From Selaginella moellendorffii (Eukaryota > Plantae > Lycopodiophyta), in contig NW_003314267.1 in assembly GCF_000143415.4 (NCBI RefSeq), positions 2,136,932 through 2,200,931 on the forward strand: 64,000 bases of DNA, written 5' to 3'. Within the stretch, counting starts at the first letter, position 1. Each line of letters opens with the position of its first letter. Of this stretch, positions 23,815-36,442 are shown in pieces. The notes under the pieces are model-generated. The model saw only the letters and a list, made by a program, of their open reading frames with translations. It was not told the origin of the DNA and did no database searches. A program made the translations under genes and the position numbers.

Positions 23815-25650
23815 CTACTTGATTGTGTAGCGAAGGTGCTGCTCGTAGAAATCGATCAACTGCAACGAGCAGTCAAGCGAGAGTGAAAAAATGTAAATTT
23901 TGATCGATAAAACGTACCAAAAGTGGGAAATGCTGCCTCAAAAACTTGTTATCCACCACCATCTCTTTGCCATCCGACCTGTAGTAATAAGTTAGAAAAT
24001 ACCGAGAGAGGAGAAACAAAAGAATCAAACCTTAGCGTGCTGAAGAGGACCAAAACTTCTTGCTTGTCGTTCTTGATGGAGCTTGAGTAGCTGAGCGGCT
24101 TTAAAATCTTGACGACCGGGACAAAGTTCGCTGATTTGGACGATGAAAGCTTCTGGACCCGCTCCGGGGAGGAGAACGCCCTCTTGGTGATGTCCGAGCC
24201 TGGAAACGACGACCGATACTCCTGGAGTTGCATTTTCTCCGCCATTGTTCCTGACATTGCCGCGGCTCGTATGGTGAAACCGCCGTCGGGCGTCTTCTTC
24301 ACTTCCTCGTAGAGATGAGCGTTCTCGGAGTCTTTCTCAGGCAGCGGTGCCTTCGTGTCCTTCGTTTCGGACAGCTTCACTCGACGGACAGTCCCTGCCT
24401 TTCTCTTCTTAGCTCCCGTGCACCGGGTGCTTCTACCCGTGTTGATCGTGTCTTCCGGCACCTCAGCCACATCTGGCTCATTGATAACGTGCTTCTCGAC
24501 AGTAACTTCCGGAGAGCCGCTCGCCAGCACGCTTTCGTCGCAGATCACCGAGCTTGCCACCATCACCTTCTCATGGTTGTCGTTAAGCCCGGCCTCGACG
24601 ACTTGTTTGTCAACCGGCGTAGAAATGGAGTCGCCAGGCTGCTTGCTTTTGTCTTCCTCCGAGTTAAGTTTGTTTGAGTCTCCGACTTCCGTTGTCGCGG
24701 CCAGCATCATCGTCTCGTCGTCAACTTCGTTGCCACTGGGAGAGAAGTTCTCGGGATCGTCACCGAAGCTTTCGGGGTCGCCACCGGGAAAATTGAGAAG
24801 AGTTTCGGCCGCCTCTGCCGCTGGTGAGCCCGTACCATTGGTTACATTCGCAGCAACATCGTTGTCCGACCTCAGGCTACCGTCTATCGAGGAAGAAACG
24901 GCCGACTGACTTGCCTCGCTCGCCGAGAAACTCGCAAGCTTCTTCTTCCGAGCTGAAGCATTGGAACCACCTCTCTTCCGCTTTCCACCATTCGTTTTCC
25001 TGCACACCAACCTACATCAGCTCTCGCTCGCAAGACCTCAAAAGGAAAAAGTTTCACTTACCTCCTCTCAAAATCTTCTACAATGTCCTGGCACTGCTCT
25101 AGGTGCTCGAATGGCTCCCAGGTATTGACGCTTTCAGGCCAGCCTCGCCTAAACAGACAAACATAGAAAAACCAAAAAGGAAAAACGAGGATGAACATAG
25201 TGTCGATAAAGAGACAGGAAAAACTTACCATTTTATGAGATACTGTGGCTTTCCCTAAAAACACGAAAGTCTCAGTGTCAGATCTTCCAGAGCGGGAAAA
25301 AAAAGAAGTACCTTTCTTATCCTCCTCTTACGTATCGCTTCCACCTCGTAAAACCCCTCCCTCAAATTTTTCCCGCTCGGCTCCTCTCCGCGAGGCTCTT
25401 CGTCTTCCTTTTTCCCTTCTTCGTCTTCGTCTTCGTCTTCTTCTCCCCTAGCTTCCAGCGTTTGCTCGCTCGCAGCAGCCCCACTGGCGATAATCACAAG
25501 CTCTTCTTGAGCCGGACCATTCCCGTCAATTAGCTGAACTTCGGCTGCTTCCATCGGCACCTCCTCGCAGCCCTGGCCATTTCGTTCTTCCGCGGCTCCA
25601 TCACCGTCGCCGTGATCCAAGCAGCCCGAGAGCTCGCCCGCATTCTTCAT
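23815..25650 (-). CDS. LHP1: Chromodomain and chromo-shadow domain protein, LIKE HETEROCHROMATIN PROTEIN 1
   Basis: Acidic N-terminus. Chromodomain GFYEVEAIRKRRIRK...YLIKW...RGWPESVNTWEPFEHL. C-terminal VVKILKPLSYSSS...SDGKEMVVDNKFLR...LIDFYEQHLRY. Multi-exon. Confidence 0.92.
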
Positions 25651-26295
25651 TGCGGTTGCCGGAGCTCGCCGGAGCTCGCCGGAGCTTTCGGCGCAACCCT
25701 ACGCGAGGCCTACCTCGTGGAATGGAGAATCAGGGCGCCATGGAATCGAAGCTCCTCCCCGCATAGCTCCTCCTGCCCTAAGCTTTGGGAAGTAAAATCT
25801 TGGAGTTTTAAATTTTCTCCTGGAGCAATCCAGGCCGTTGAATTTCGCACGATCCCGATGCCTGGTTTAGCCTAACTAGGTGGCTTGTACTAAATAGACG
25901 TTAACCCTAATAAACTATCTTAAACTAAAGGTATCTTTAGGCCAACCCTAAATCTTTGTCTTTGTTTTGGCACCTTTTTAAGGCTCCTGTTTAAGTTTTA
26001 AGTTAAGAAAGCATAAGGAATCTCTGGTCTATCCATCTAACTTATTTAAAGGCCTTTTGGTAGTGTCCACAACTTTGGAGCTCCACTTTGTTTGTGGGTT
26101 GGCTTGTTGACTGCCACGATCGCGCAATTCAATGAACTTTCGCGAAGAATCCAATCACGAAGAGGGAGTAGAGAAAGAAAAGAGACCAAACACCAAAAGA
26201 AAGAATTGTTACATGAGTCACTATCGATCTGGGCGAATCCTCTAGTTGTAGATAAGATGATGGAGATAGATGGGATTGATCTTCCGTCGTGTTCT

Positions 26296-27430
26296 TCAGG
26301 GAGAAGAGGCCGGAGTGGCGAGTGTGAGCTCGAGCCTGTCCACGATCCTGACGGCGGCGTCTCCCAGATTGTGGGCAAGAACAGATCCTCCAGGCGGCGG
26401 CGGTGGCGGCGAGACGACCTCGCCGTTGTTGCTACTGTTGTTAAACACGACTCCACACATACTCGAGCAAGGGGAAGATTGCGTCCCTCCTTGCCGGTGA
26501 TGGATCGGGGAGGAATCGCACTGGTTGTGATTGAGATTGATCTGGTGCTGCTGCTGGTGTTGCGGCTGCTGGCGCGGTGGAAATGGCGGAAGCTGGTGCT
26601 GATTCGCGGCGAAATTGGCGTAGCCATAGTTTGGAGTGACCGATCCGGAGTAGTCCGGAGTGGCGGAGCCCGAGAACCAATTCGAAGATCCAGCGCTGCC
26701 CCCGACTCGCATCCCATTCACCCATCTCCCAGTGCTCTCGCGATACCGGCTCCAGAACTCGAGCGCCGAGTAGTCCGAGTCGCCCACGTCCGACACCGGT
26801 GTGTCGCAGCCACCATCGCCGCCGCCACCGCCGCCGCCAGTACCGCGCGGTACCGACGACGTTATAAACGTCGGCGTGACGCACGCGTTGTCCCAGTCGG
26901 GCTTGAGTGACGCGGCGGTGCCCGCGGCGGCCGCGCGGGGCGAGTCCAGCGGCGGCGTCACGGGAGCGCTGTGGTGCCAGTGTAGCGGCGGGAGCGCGGT
27001 AGCGGCGCCGCCGGGATTGCTCGGCCCACCATTCGTGGAGAGCCCGTTTAGCCAACCGATGAGCGAGGATCTCTCAGTGAGCGCGCGGTACGAGGAGGAG
27101 GTGGGGCTGGCGGGGCCGGAGGCGCACGCGTCCAGTCTCTCCATCGGCCTGGATCCCTGGAGCGAGACCCCATTTAGAGATCGAAGAACACGAAGAACAC
27201 GAAGAACACGATACCTTTCGATACGTGGTGCCATCGTCCTCCACAACCCATCCCGCCTCGCGGCACAGCGCCTTGAGCACCTCATTGTTGTCGCAGTGCT
27301 TGGGGAGGTTGTAATTCCCCAGCTGCCGCAGCCCATTGAAGATCTTGGCAGCTATGGCGCGCCGCCGCCGCTCCCGCCGCTTGTTGTTCTCGCGCTCCCG
27401 GAATGTGGGTGTTCTGGACCCCGAGGTCAT
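26296..27430 (-). CDS. BES1/BZR1 family transcription factor
   Basis: [67 protein letters not shown]. 58-bp intron at 27157-27214. [11 protein letters not shown] motif and C-terminal EAR-like DRLELTL. Confidence 0.96.
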
Positions 27431-27649
27431 CGCCCAAATCCTCCCTTCTTCTTCTCGCCCTCTCTCTCTCTCTCTCTCTCTCTCTGTGTCTCTGTGATCG
27501 ATCGATCGCTCAATCCATTTCCGGCACCATCGCCATCGCCCTCGCCATTCCTAGCATGATCTAGGCGAGCATTCTACACGAAAGATTCTTTCCCATTTCT
27601 TCTCAGGCGCCTTTCGGAGTGCTCGGAGACACACACCCAACTACACGAC

Positions 27650-27815
27650 AGCCGCCACGTGGACATTAATCCCCGCCCCCGTGGCACACCCCGTGCTTTA
27701 TGACATGGGCGGGGCACACACACGTATGGCTCGCACGCTCCCCTGACATGACGTGTAATCGATTACACACGTCAGCAGCACGTGAGGAACGGCCCACTCC
27801 CCCACCGCCACGTGT
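27650..27815. promoter_or_regulatory. Cluster of G-box, BRRE and TGACGT motifs upstream of the BES1/BZR1 gene
   Basis: CACGTG at 27656, 27779 and 27809. BRRE (CGTGYG, minus strand) at 27719, 27732 and 27766. Inverted TGACGT pair at 27749-27774. Confidence 0.55.
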
Positions 27816-27821
27816 CCGTTG

Positions 27822-29685
27822 CTAGCCACCACCACCACCACCACCGAGCATTGGCCGGACACTCGGCGGGTGGTCACTTCGGCTACCCGATACCAGCGTC
27901 CGGTAGCAAAGCACCGAGTAGAACTCGGGCATGAGCTCGGTCCTCCACTCCGGCCCCAACAGCGCAAAGTGGCGATCGCTAACGCGATGGTAGCACTGGA
28001 ACCACAGGTAGCGCAGCAGCGGTAAGCCCCGGATGCCACACACGATCGCGGCGTCGCTAAACGGGCAGTTCCTCACCTCCAGCTTGCGGAGATTCGAGCA
28101 CCCTCTTGCCAGACTGACGAGCCCGCGGTCCGAGGTGTCCGAGTCGCTCAGGCAGCCGAGAAGGATCCACTTGAGCTGCTGCCCGAGTCGCCCGATGCTC
28201 TCCAGGCCCCTGTCCGTGAGCCCGCCTTCCTTGAGGTAGAGTGCCAACTTGGTGATGCTCGGGCAGCGCTGGAGCAGGGACTGGACGCCGGCGTCCAGTG
28301 GCTCGGCCATGTCCGGCGCGGTCTCGAGGATCCCCAGCCGGAAGTCGAGCAGGCCCGGGCACGACTCCGCGAAGGCCTCCAGGGACGAGTTGGCGGCGTC
28401 GTGGACGTACATGGAGAAGCTCTGGAGATGGACGCAGCTCTTGGCCAGCGCCAACATGCCGGAGTTGGAGATCGAGAAGCCGTGCTGTTCTTGCTGCCTC
28501 ATGTTCTCGATCCGGATGCGTTGCAGGCCTTTGCAGTGGCTTGCGAGGAGCTCCAGCCCGACGTCGCCGATTATATCTCTTGCCTGTCACGGTTCGTCAG
28601 TACACCTTTGAGTCACCATCGCAAGAACAAGAGCTAGAAAGTCCATGCCAGGAAGAAAACTTGCCTTAAAGACTTGGAGATTGCGACAGCCCTTGATGAT
28701 CTCCAGGTGTTGCTCGTGATTGGCAGTGGTGTACAAGAGATCCAGACTGGTGAGCGCGCTCGCGAGATTCGGCTCCATTGCCAGCTGGAGATCACCAGAG
28801 AAAGAGCTCAGTGACGATGGTAAAGAGACTTGAATGAGGCCGCAGAAACCGAGCTCCTGGAGGGAGCTTTGTCGCAAATCCAGCCTGCGATTGCGAGAAG
28901 GGTCCTCCAGATCGTTGAGTTTCAAGCTCTTGAGCTTGGAGCTGCTCACGATCTCCTCGACCAGCCGGATATCTCCAAGTTCCAAGCCTGTCATGGACAG
29001 GTTTAAGGCCTCGAGGCTAGCGCACGAATGGATAAGCTCACGCAGCCACTGTGATCCTTTGTCCTCGATATCGCTCTCGTCCAGCGAGAGCACCCTCAAA
29101 TCCCTGCGGGAAATCTTTGTTTCATTCATTCATTGATCGGGGATTTCTAACGTACCTGCACGATCGAGCGATGGATTCCAGGCCCAGCGATGAGAATCCG
29201 GAGCATTTCTCGAGCTTGAGAACCTGTAGCGCGTCGCGGAACGTCTCGGCCAGGAGCGCCAGATCCTCGTCGGAAATCTCCATGCGCTTGAAATGGAGCG
29301 AGGCGAGAGCGCCATACAGGGATCTCGCCCTCGCCAGCGCCAACGCGGCGATCCAGGGGCCGCCATAGCCTCCCCAGTCGACTGGAATGAGCCCGAAGTC
29401 GCTAGCCCTAGGCTTGCCTTTGATCTTGAGCGCGCGCAGCTGCCCGAATCGATCGATCACGTAGCCCGGGCTCACGGCGTAGGAGAAATTCACAGTAATC
29501 TTCTCCCTGGTGGCGCTCTCGGCATCGCGCCACTGCCGGCACACCCGCGCGACGCTGGCGTGGTCTTGATTGTCGCCGAGGCGCGAGAAGATGATCTTGA
29601 GGAGATCGTCTGGAAGGCGGCTGTTGATGCTGTCTGGATCATCATCGGCGTGAATCCACCGCCTGGAGATCTTCATGGAAGCCAT
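27822..29685 (-). CDS. COI1/TIR1-family F-box LRR protein, divergent COI1-like (~576 aa)
   Basis: Exons 29685-29156, 29103-28665 and 28583-27822 total 1731 nt in frame; the second intron is GC-AG. F-box LPDDLLKIIF. Motifs KGKPRASDFGLIPVDWGGY, PLDAGV, LYLKEGGLTDRGL, LRKLEVRNCPFS and LRYLWFQ. Confidence 0.92.
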
Positions 29686-29898
29686 AGCAATTCTTCTTTC
29701 TTTTCTAGTTCTTTCTACCTAGTCTTGGGTAGTAGTTACTTCTCCCTCTTATATCATGATAGAATATTCGCATACCTATTTACTTTTAAAAAGAAAAGAT
29801 GCTTTGATGTATGACACATCCGGTAATGGGGGGGACACATACGTTTGATCATAAGCCCTAAAAGGATATTCTATTTGAAATCTTAGGGTTTATGGGCT

Positions 29899-31032
29899 AT
29901 GGCACTGTGTAGCTATTCCACTCCGGCTCGGAATTTGGGGTTCTTCGCTCCGGCCAGGCGCGCCGCGGCCAAGAATGTGGCCATTGGATTGCGGCTTGGC
30001 AGATCTTCGCTGGCGCGCGCGGCATTGCGGAACGATTCATTGCCGAAGAAGAAGCATCAGCAGACGGAGGATTTGCTCGCGGAGCTCGAAGGTGAGGGGA
30101 ATTGGATGGGATTTGTGGCGCTGACAGGAGATTTTAGATGAAATACAACCGTTTCTGGAGCTCCAGCGCGAGAGCGCCATGCGTTTACGCACAAGTAAGA
30201 TTTTTTCCTTGTTCTTGTCTTCGTGTATTCTTATCGTTTTCTACTTTTTTCCTGCGATTGCAGTGAAGCATTACGAGATCATGTATCTAGTGCACGAAGC
30301 GAAAGTTGGAGAGCTCAAAGAGATCGTGGATAAATTCACTGGTTAGCTACAATGTTCGTGTTTTTCCTTCTTGATTGAAATGCTGCTCCAGGTTTTGTCA
30401 AAGAGAAGAAAGGGAGGATCTGGAGATTCAATGACTGGGGGATGAGAAGGCTGGCGTACAAGATCAAAAAGACGTGGCACGCGAACTATATCCTGATGAA
30501 CATCGAGGTTGGGTCCGAGTATATCAACGAGCTCAACGCACTCCTGGAGAAGGACGAGAGGATCATCCGGCATATGATCATCACGAGAAAGAAGGCCATC
30601 TCCAAGAAAACGGTGCCTCCGGAGGAGCTTCCACCGTCGCGAGCGGAGCTCTTGGAGAAGGAACTGGCGGCGGAAACGGCCGCCGAGGAGGCTGCGGAGA
30701 AAGAAGAGAAGGAAGCTAGAGTTGCGAAAAGGAAAGCTAGGAGGGAGGAAGCAGCAGCAGCAGCAGCAAAAGCAAAGGATGAAGTGAAGGAAGATGAAGT
30801 TGAAGTTGGAGAGGAAGATGACGACGATTTGGAAGATTTGGATCTATCAGCATTGAAAGAAGAGGATGAGATTGAAGACGAGGAGGACGAGATTGAAGAC
30901 GAAGACCATGAAGAAGATTTTGACGACGACGAAGACGATAGTGAAGAGGACAGTGAAGTGGAAGACGACGATGAAGAAGAAAACGAAGACAGTGCGAAGG
31001 CACAGCCAAATCAAAACCCACGAAAAAGGTGA
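29899..31032 (+). CDS. RFC3: Plastid bS6-domain protein with acidic tail (REGULATOR OF FATTY ACID COMPOSITION 3-like)
   Basis: Transit-peptide-like start. HYEIMYLVHE...KKGRIWRFNDWGMRRLAYKIKK...NYILMN...LEKDERIIRHMII. D/E-rich C-terminus. About 3 introns. Confidence 0.85.
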
Positions 31033-31210
31033 CGAAGATTATCGAAAATTTTGTTCGGCTTTTAAGCCCAGTTAAGTACAAAACTTCGAGAGAGAGAGTT
31101 CGCTTTTAGCTGCTATTCACTCTTTAAATCTGCAAGAGAAAACTGCTTATGAAGCACTCGAGCGTGCAATACTTCTTCGTGTTTTCTCGCGTGAGGATTT
31201 AGATTCGAGT

Positions 31211-33264
31211 CTACCTATGGTCAGCACCAATTGCTTCCTGGGCAGACTTGAATCCATCTCTTTCAAGGCAAGCTGCTAACTCGGCCTGTGAAAAAAAAAA
31301 AACCAAACAAAACACTTGTAAAACACTGAATGGTCTCACGTACTTTGATTCGGGGTATAAGCGCTGGGCCTTCATATGCAAAAGTAGTATACAGTTGCAC
31401 AAGAGTGGCACCCGCTCGAATCTTCACGTATGCCTCTTCTCCACTGAAATATAAAAACTAAGGACCAAGAAAAAAAAACATTCTTTTCACTGGAGAACAT
31501 ACCTGCTTATACCGCCACAGCCAACGAGTGGAATTTTACCCTGTGAGAAAAGAATCAGTTCTGGTCAAGCCTCGAGATTCGCACACACTCACCCACGTAA
31601 GCTGGTACATTTCTCGAAGAACCTCCGTGGATAAGGTGAACAAAGGCTTCCCACTAAGGCCCCCCATTTCATCCACGTGAACGAGACCAATGACTGAGTC
31701 GGGTCTTGAAACAGTCGTGTTAGCGATTATCTGGAAACATCACAGTACCGGTAAAAAGAAAGCTCAAACAGAAAAGCGCAGGGCTCACCAAGCCATCCAA
31801 TCGTAGCGAAAGTGCCACCTAAAGGGAAGAGAATCAGCTGAAAAGCAAGAAGATAGTTTAAGGAGAGAGTTTGACGTACAGCGGCAATATCCGCAAGATC
31901 TTGCTTTGACAGGTCGGGAGCGATTTTCACGAGTAGCGGCGGAGGGCCCTCTTCACCCCACTGCATCTCATCTCGCGCTGCCAAAACCTGGAAACGAGTT
32001 TAAGGTTGGACGAGATTCTCAAGTTACCTTCTTGATCAAGTCCTTGAGCTGCTTACGGCCTTGAAGTTTTCTCAGCCCGGGTGTGTTTGGCGATGAAACG
32101 TTTATTACCTGTGAAACGATCCTCTGCATCAATAACAAACATAGATTTCTTTCCGCAAAACGTACCAAATAGTCTGCATATTGAGACAAGGTGTGCACAC
32201 CTTGGACATAGTCTGCCGCGGCATCTTCGCTAGTTTTGTTTTTACCCAAGTTTACCCCCAAAATCCCTGGACCAGCCTTGCCACCAAGAACACGTTGTTC
32301 CGCGTTCGTCGTTATGGCCGAATTTACCGTCTCGGCCATCCTACGTTTACCGTGTTGTGCTCCTAACCTCTTCGCTACTGCTACGATTCCCTCGCTATTA
32401 AAACCGTATCGATTGATAATAGCACTGCAGCGGGAAAGAGAAACAAAACGAAGTTGTGAGAAACAACGAAGAGTAAAAGCGAAGCACCAAACATGAAAAA
32501 AACAAAAAAAAGAATGACGTACTTGCTTACCCCTGTTCCGGTAATCTGAAAACTCTCGGTTTGGGATTGCCTTCTTGCGGGACAGGAGTTACGGAGCCAA
32601 CTTCCATAAATCCGAATCCTATGCCAAGCAATCCCTCGACCGCCTCGGCGTTCTTGTCGAAACCAGCGGCAAGTCCGACTGGATTTGAGAAGGTTCGCCC
32701 CCAAACACTCACTTCCAGGACGGGAGGATCCGGCCTAGTTTCTCTCGGACACAAGCAGTGCGAGGAGGCCCATATCGCTACCTTGTGAGCGTTCTCGGGA
32801 TCCAAAAGCCGGAACAAAGGATTTATATACTTGGCGGCCTCGAACGTCCATGCGCTGCATGCATGGAAAATGGAGGATATATCAGTGTCTTCTTCCAAAT
32901 ACGAGACGATGAAGAGAATCGCGACGAAGGGATCGAAGGAAGTACCTGATAGTTGCCTCGTCTCGAGTACCAACATAAGCTCCACCAGCAATGACTGCTC
33001 CAAGCAAAGTTCCAGTTAAAACACGCCCCTGGAGCAAACAATCCAAACAATCGCAGCTAAGCTCGACTGGAAAACTCTCTCAAACTTTCCAATGCGCATA
33101 CATACCCAAGTGAGGCGAATTTTTGGAGGAAGCGGTGGCTTCTGAAATGCCGCGGCGACCGCCTCCTTGGCGGATCCAGACGTCTCAGCTGCCGTGTGAA
33201 TGCATGAGGAAGATCCATATCCATACCGCCTCGCGATTGCGGCGAGAAGGCGCCCCTCCCGCAT
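31211..33264 (-). CDS. PYRD: Dihydroorotate dehydrogenase (quinone), class 2, mitochondrial
   Basis: [83 protein letters not shown]. Multi-exon. Confidence 0.96.
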
Positions 33265-33565
33265 CCTATTTCGTCAATCCCGCGCTATCGCTCGCTCGCC
33301 ATCGCCAGAGAGAAAGGAGGAAGGCCCTAATTAGGGCTTCTCTTTGCTTAAACCCTGGGAGGAATATCCTCCTAGGGTTTATGTGCCGCCCGGTCGGGGG
33401 TTCGAGTTTATTTTCGCTCATCACGTGTAGCATAGGGCTGGAGGAGCTCCTGTGATCGCTACCGCTGGCGCTGGAGCTCCACGGCGAGGCGCATTTGTGA
33501 TGCTCGCCTGGCCTACGCATGAATTTCTGCCGCGATCGTGATCGCCGAGAGATCGCGGAGCGAGG

Positions 33566-36281
33566 ATGATCCGGAGAGTTTTCTGTGGCGTTCTCGCTCG
33601 CAGCAGTGCAGCGAAGGGGATTCCAGGTGATAATCGAGCTCTTGTTGCCGGTGAGCTGCTCGTTTTCTCGAGATTCTCGTGTCGTCTGTGAGGGTTTATC
33701 GTTTTGTTTGATATTTCCAGGCTTGAATGCCGTGTTCTCTCCAAGGAATTTCAGCAGCCTGCCAGAGAAGGAGCTCAACGATTCAGCTGTAAGGATTATG
33801 GATTCTCTTTTCCTTTTGGATCGGAATTCCTGACCGAGTAGATCGCTTTTGGGCAGCCTAAAGTGAAACTTCTCGTGGGAGGCGAGTTTATAGACTCTAA
33901 GACCAGCGATTGGGTTGATGTCGTCAATCCGGTAAGGTTGTTCTTTTCTTTTACCTCTTTTCTTGACTCTATCAATACTCCAAAACGAAACCAAAAACTA
34001 CAACAGGCTACGCAAGAAATCGTGTCTAGACTACCTCTGACGACGCCGTCCGAATTTGATGCCGCGGTCGATTCAGCGAAAGCTGCGTTTCCAAAATGGA
34101 GAGATACTCCTGTGACAACGCGCCAGAGAGTCATGCTCAAGCTACAGGAGCTTATACGAAGAGATATGGTTCGTAGTTTTTTTCCATTGTCGTGAGCTCT
34201 GTGCTAAGGACTTCGTACTGTTACAGGATAAACTGGCTTTGAACGTGACGACTGAGCAAGGAAAGACGCTTGGGGATGCTCGCGGCGATGTCTTCCGTGG
34301 ATTAGGTGTGGTTGCTGTCAAGGCTTTTCCTTTTCTGGTTCTGTCTTTCCACGGCCTCACGTCGTTTTTAACGTGACAGAGGTTGTGGAGTTTGCGTGCG
34401 GCGCTGCAACTTTGCAAATGGGGGAGTTTGTGGAGAACGTTTCCACTGGCATTGACACATATAGTATAAGACAACCTCTGGGGATCTGTGCTGGAATTTG
34501 TCCCTTCAATTTCCCTGCCATGATTCCATTATGGGTGAGGCTTCGCTTTTCTACGTGAGGTTTTTATAGTAATCCTGTTTTCGCAGATGTTTCCAGTTGC
34601 TGTAACGTGCGGGAACACCTTTGTCCTGAAACCCTCGGAGAAAGACCCTGGTAATCATCTTGTTCCCCTGGAGGTTTCAAACTAAACGAGTACGTTTTAA
34701 TTGACAGGGGCGTCATTGATGCTAGCAGAGCTTGCAGCGGAAGCTGGCCTTCCCCCTGGCGTTCTCAATATCGTTCATGGGACAAATGTTAGTGGTTAGA
34801 GTGACTTGTACTGATTTCACTGACTGCACTTTGTAGGACGTGGTGAACCGTATCTGCGATCATCCAGACATCAAGGCCGTGTCTTTCGTCGGATCGGACA
34901 AGGTTGGTTTGTCGTGAAATTTTGTCGATTTAGAGTGAATGCCATCTTTTAATAATTTTTAATTTGGAACGTAGGCTGGCATGCACATCTACTCTCGTGC
35001 AGCTGCTACGGGCAAACGAGTTCAGGTAAGCTGTCTCCGTGGCTTTGAAACGAAACCAACATTTCCGAGTGTTATTGCCAGTGCAACATGGGGGCCAAAA
35101 ATCACGCGGTGATTATGCCTGATGCATCGCCTGAAGCGACAATGAATGCTTTAACTGGTGCTGCCTTTGGAGCCGCTGGCCAGCGTTGTATGGCTATCAG
35201 TACTGCAGTGTTCGTTGGCGATTCAAAGCCTTGGTAAGAACAACTTTTCCCTTTTGTACGATAGTTTTTACTCGTCGTCGTCTACACAGGGAAGAGGGCT
35301 TGAAACAGCGGGCAATGAAATTGAAAATCGGCTGTGGCACAGAGCCCGGTGCAGATCTTGGCCCAGTTATAAGTAAACAGGTAAGAGCAACTAGTAGCTT
35401 TTGGTGGTTAACTAGATCTTGGCAGTTCAGGCAAAGGAGCGTATTTGCAGCCTCGTCGAGAGTGGGCTGAAAGACGGCGCGCGAGTTGTGCTTGATGGTA
35501 GAAATGTCGAGGTAGGCACTTGCATTGGTTCCTCGCGAGAGAGAGAGAGAGAACTTACAAGACGTATCAGGTTCCCGGCTTTACAAGTGGAAACTTTGTT
35601 GGGCCAACTATACTAGCCGATGTTAGACCAGACATGGATTGCTACAAGGTATGGTCTCTTTTGATAAGAATGTCGTGAAGACTGAACACCAGTTGTCACT
35701 TTAGGAAGAGATATTTGGCCCAGTTTTACTTTGCTTAAAGGTGAGTTTGATTCAAGTCTCGGTTGTGTTACATCAGTACTTACAATCCCAACGCAGGCAG
35801 AGACACTTGAAGAGGCGATTGAAATTGTAAATAGTAACAAGTAAGCACGTTTTTTGAGTTTCGCTCACGATGATTCTAATCAAATCGTGTATAGATACGG
35901 CAACGGGACTGCCATATTCACGACATCGGGCCCGGCAGCGAGGAAGTTCCAACACGAGATTGATGTTGGCCAGGTCGGAATTCTCTTTTTCCAGTGAAAC
36001 ATCTTATTGATCCAAGCGTTAAATTTTTCCAGGTAGGGATCAACGTCCCAATTCCAGTGCCTTTACCATTCTTCTCCTTCACGGGCTCGAGAGGTTCATT
36101 TGCGGGCGACCTCAACTTCTATGGTAAGGTGGTGGAAACGTTTCGAGCTCTTAAGTTTTTGCTTGGATTCGCAGGCAAGGCTGGAGTCCACTTCTTTACT
36201 CACATGAAAACCGTGACGACGCAGTGGAAAGACAGTCCAGGAGGCGTCACAATGGCGTTCCCGACCTCCCAAAAGGTGTAG
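33566..36281 (+). CDS. ALDH6B: Methylmalonate-semialdehyde dehydrogenase (CoA-acylating), mitochondrial, ALDH6 family
   Basis: [97 protein letters not shown]. Many short introns. Start codon inferred. Confidence 0.95.
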
Positions 36282-36442
36282 AACACACAACAATGTGATA
36301 TAAAAGGCCAGCGGCTCATTATTTTTGGTTTCCTTTGAATTCAATCTCCTTGTGTTCTCTGCTGAAAAATCTGTAAGTGAATTTTCAGAAATAAAAGTGG
36401 ATTTCACTCACATCAAAATTGTGGGAACGATGACGATTGTCG

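Noticed and set aside
26092-27559. Long antisense and alternative-frame ORFs over the BES1/BZR1 gene (similar ones overlap the F-box and PPR genes)
   Set aside because: Expected shadow ORFs of GC-rich coding sequence, with no independent motifs.
26296-29685. Functional hormone-signalling gene cluster (BZR next to COI1-like and LHP1)
   Set aside because: Adjacency alone is expected by chance in such a compact genome, and no synteny or expression evidence is available.
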